From Lama glama (taxonomy: Eukaryota), in contig CM052816.1 of NCBI GenBank assembly GCA_028534125.1, positions 5,954,001-6,018,000 of the forward strand: DNA of 64,000 bases. Direction: 5' to 3'. The position numbers and the translations under genes are program-made. Of the stretch, positions 62,843 through 64,000 are shown piece by piece. Below the pieces are notes generated by a model, which did not search any database, was not told where the DNA came from, and worked only from the letters and a program-made list of their open reading frames with translations. Numbering within the stretch: position 1 is the first letter of the stretch; every line of letters starts with the position of its first letter.

Positions 62843-63325
62843 CTTTGTTTATTGAAGTATAGTTGATTTACAATGTTTCAGGTGTACAACAAAGTCAGTT
62901 TTATATATATATATGTGTGTGTGTGTGTATATATATGTATACACATTTTATTTCAGGTATTATATTTTTAAAATTTTTATTTCCAATTTTATACTTTTCC
63001 AGTATAGATTATTGCAAGATATTAAATATAGATCCCTGTGCTATACAGTAGGATCTTGTTGCTTATCTGTTTTATGTATGGTAATGTGTATCCAGTTATC
63101 CCAGACTCCTAATTTATCCCTCCCCACCCCTTGCCCCTTCGGTAACCACAAGTTTGTTTTCTATGTATGTGAGTCTATTTCAGTTTTGTAAATAAGTTCA
63201 TTTGTACCATTTTTTTAGATATCATATGATATTTGTCTTTGACTTACTTCACTTAGTATGATCATTACTGGGTCCCTCTATGTTGCTGCAAATGGCACTA
63301 TTTCCTTCTTTCTTATGGCTGAGTA
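62843..63325 (-). mobile_element. Lineage-specific L1 3' end
   Basis: TTTATTGAAGTATAGTTGATTTACAATGTT...CCCTGTGCTATACAGTAGG...GGTAACCACAAGTTTGTTTTCTATG...TATGGCTGAGTAA. Possible degraded TSD TGGGATAATTATAA / TGGGAATAATCATAA. Confidence 0.9.
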
Positions 63326-64000
63326 AGTAATGGGAATAATCATAAGTCCTGGCATTTGTATATACATTATGAGTGGTCCTACGGATAGAGAGCATGCTAA
63401 ATTCTCATTCTGAGCCTTCAAAGCAGATTCAGCTCAAATCACTGAGAGCTCACAATGAGGGGAAAGTGGGAAAGAGATGAAGGAAATACGGTGGATACCT
63501 TCTGCCATCCACACTCAGCAGAACTCACCCAGTCCACAGTGGCACACAAAGCCCCTGGTACCAATTTAATCCAGTTTCCAGTTGTTCATGCCCATTCAGC
63601 TCACGCTTCCACACCATGAATTCCCAGCTGAGCTTAATCCCTGGAGGGAAACTGTCTCCACTGGTTAATGTTTACGCTTTCACCTGTCTTAAGATGACAA
63701 TCATGCAACCAAACACGTTTCCTTTTCAGTCCTAGTTGTCAGAAAAACTCAGAATGCTGCTTGTTGCCCACATTTTATAATGCATTCAGTTCAGACGGCA
63801 GAAATTCGTCTCTCCTTTCTCTTTCTTGAGGTCACCTCTGTTCTTTGTGCTCAAAGGCCATCTTAAAAAAACTGTGCAAGCCATCAATGACTTCCAAGCA
63901 TTTTGGAAATAATCAAGGCATCAATTTTTGAATAACTATTGGTCATTTCTAGAATATGGGAAACCAAATATACACCTTCTCAGGTATCCTTTCTTACCAA

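Overview
This is a mammalian, repeat-rich, non-coding window (a large intron or intergenic region). I found no protein-coding exon, RNA gene, CpG-island promoter or CRISPR array. The youngest L1 3'UTRs look like the cetartiodactyl/camelid type, and I saw no Alu, Bov-tA, PRE1 or Can-SINE copies, so a camelid source is likely (inference). The window contains 5'-truncated L1s of several ages, many ancient MIR and L2 fragments, hAT-Charlie MITEs (MER5, MER20, MER58, MER3, MER102, MER103C, MER117-like), one Tigger2-type element, five MaLR (MLT1) solo LTRs, microsatellites and two 100-N assembly gaps. The only recognisable protein-like ORFs come from L1. Repeat family names are from recognition of consensus sequences, not from a database search, and many boundaries are approximate. 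The most notable observations are: an ~90-bp internal L1 ORF1 fragment with no poly-A, flanked by direct repeats; three multi-layer transposon nests; a diverged ~115-bp local duplication; a perfect 21-bp tandem repeat; and several repeat-free motif clusters that may be enhancers. I see no support for a new multi-gene biological system here.
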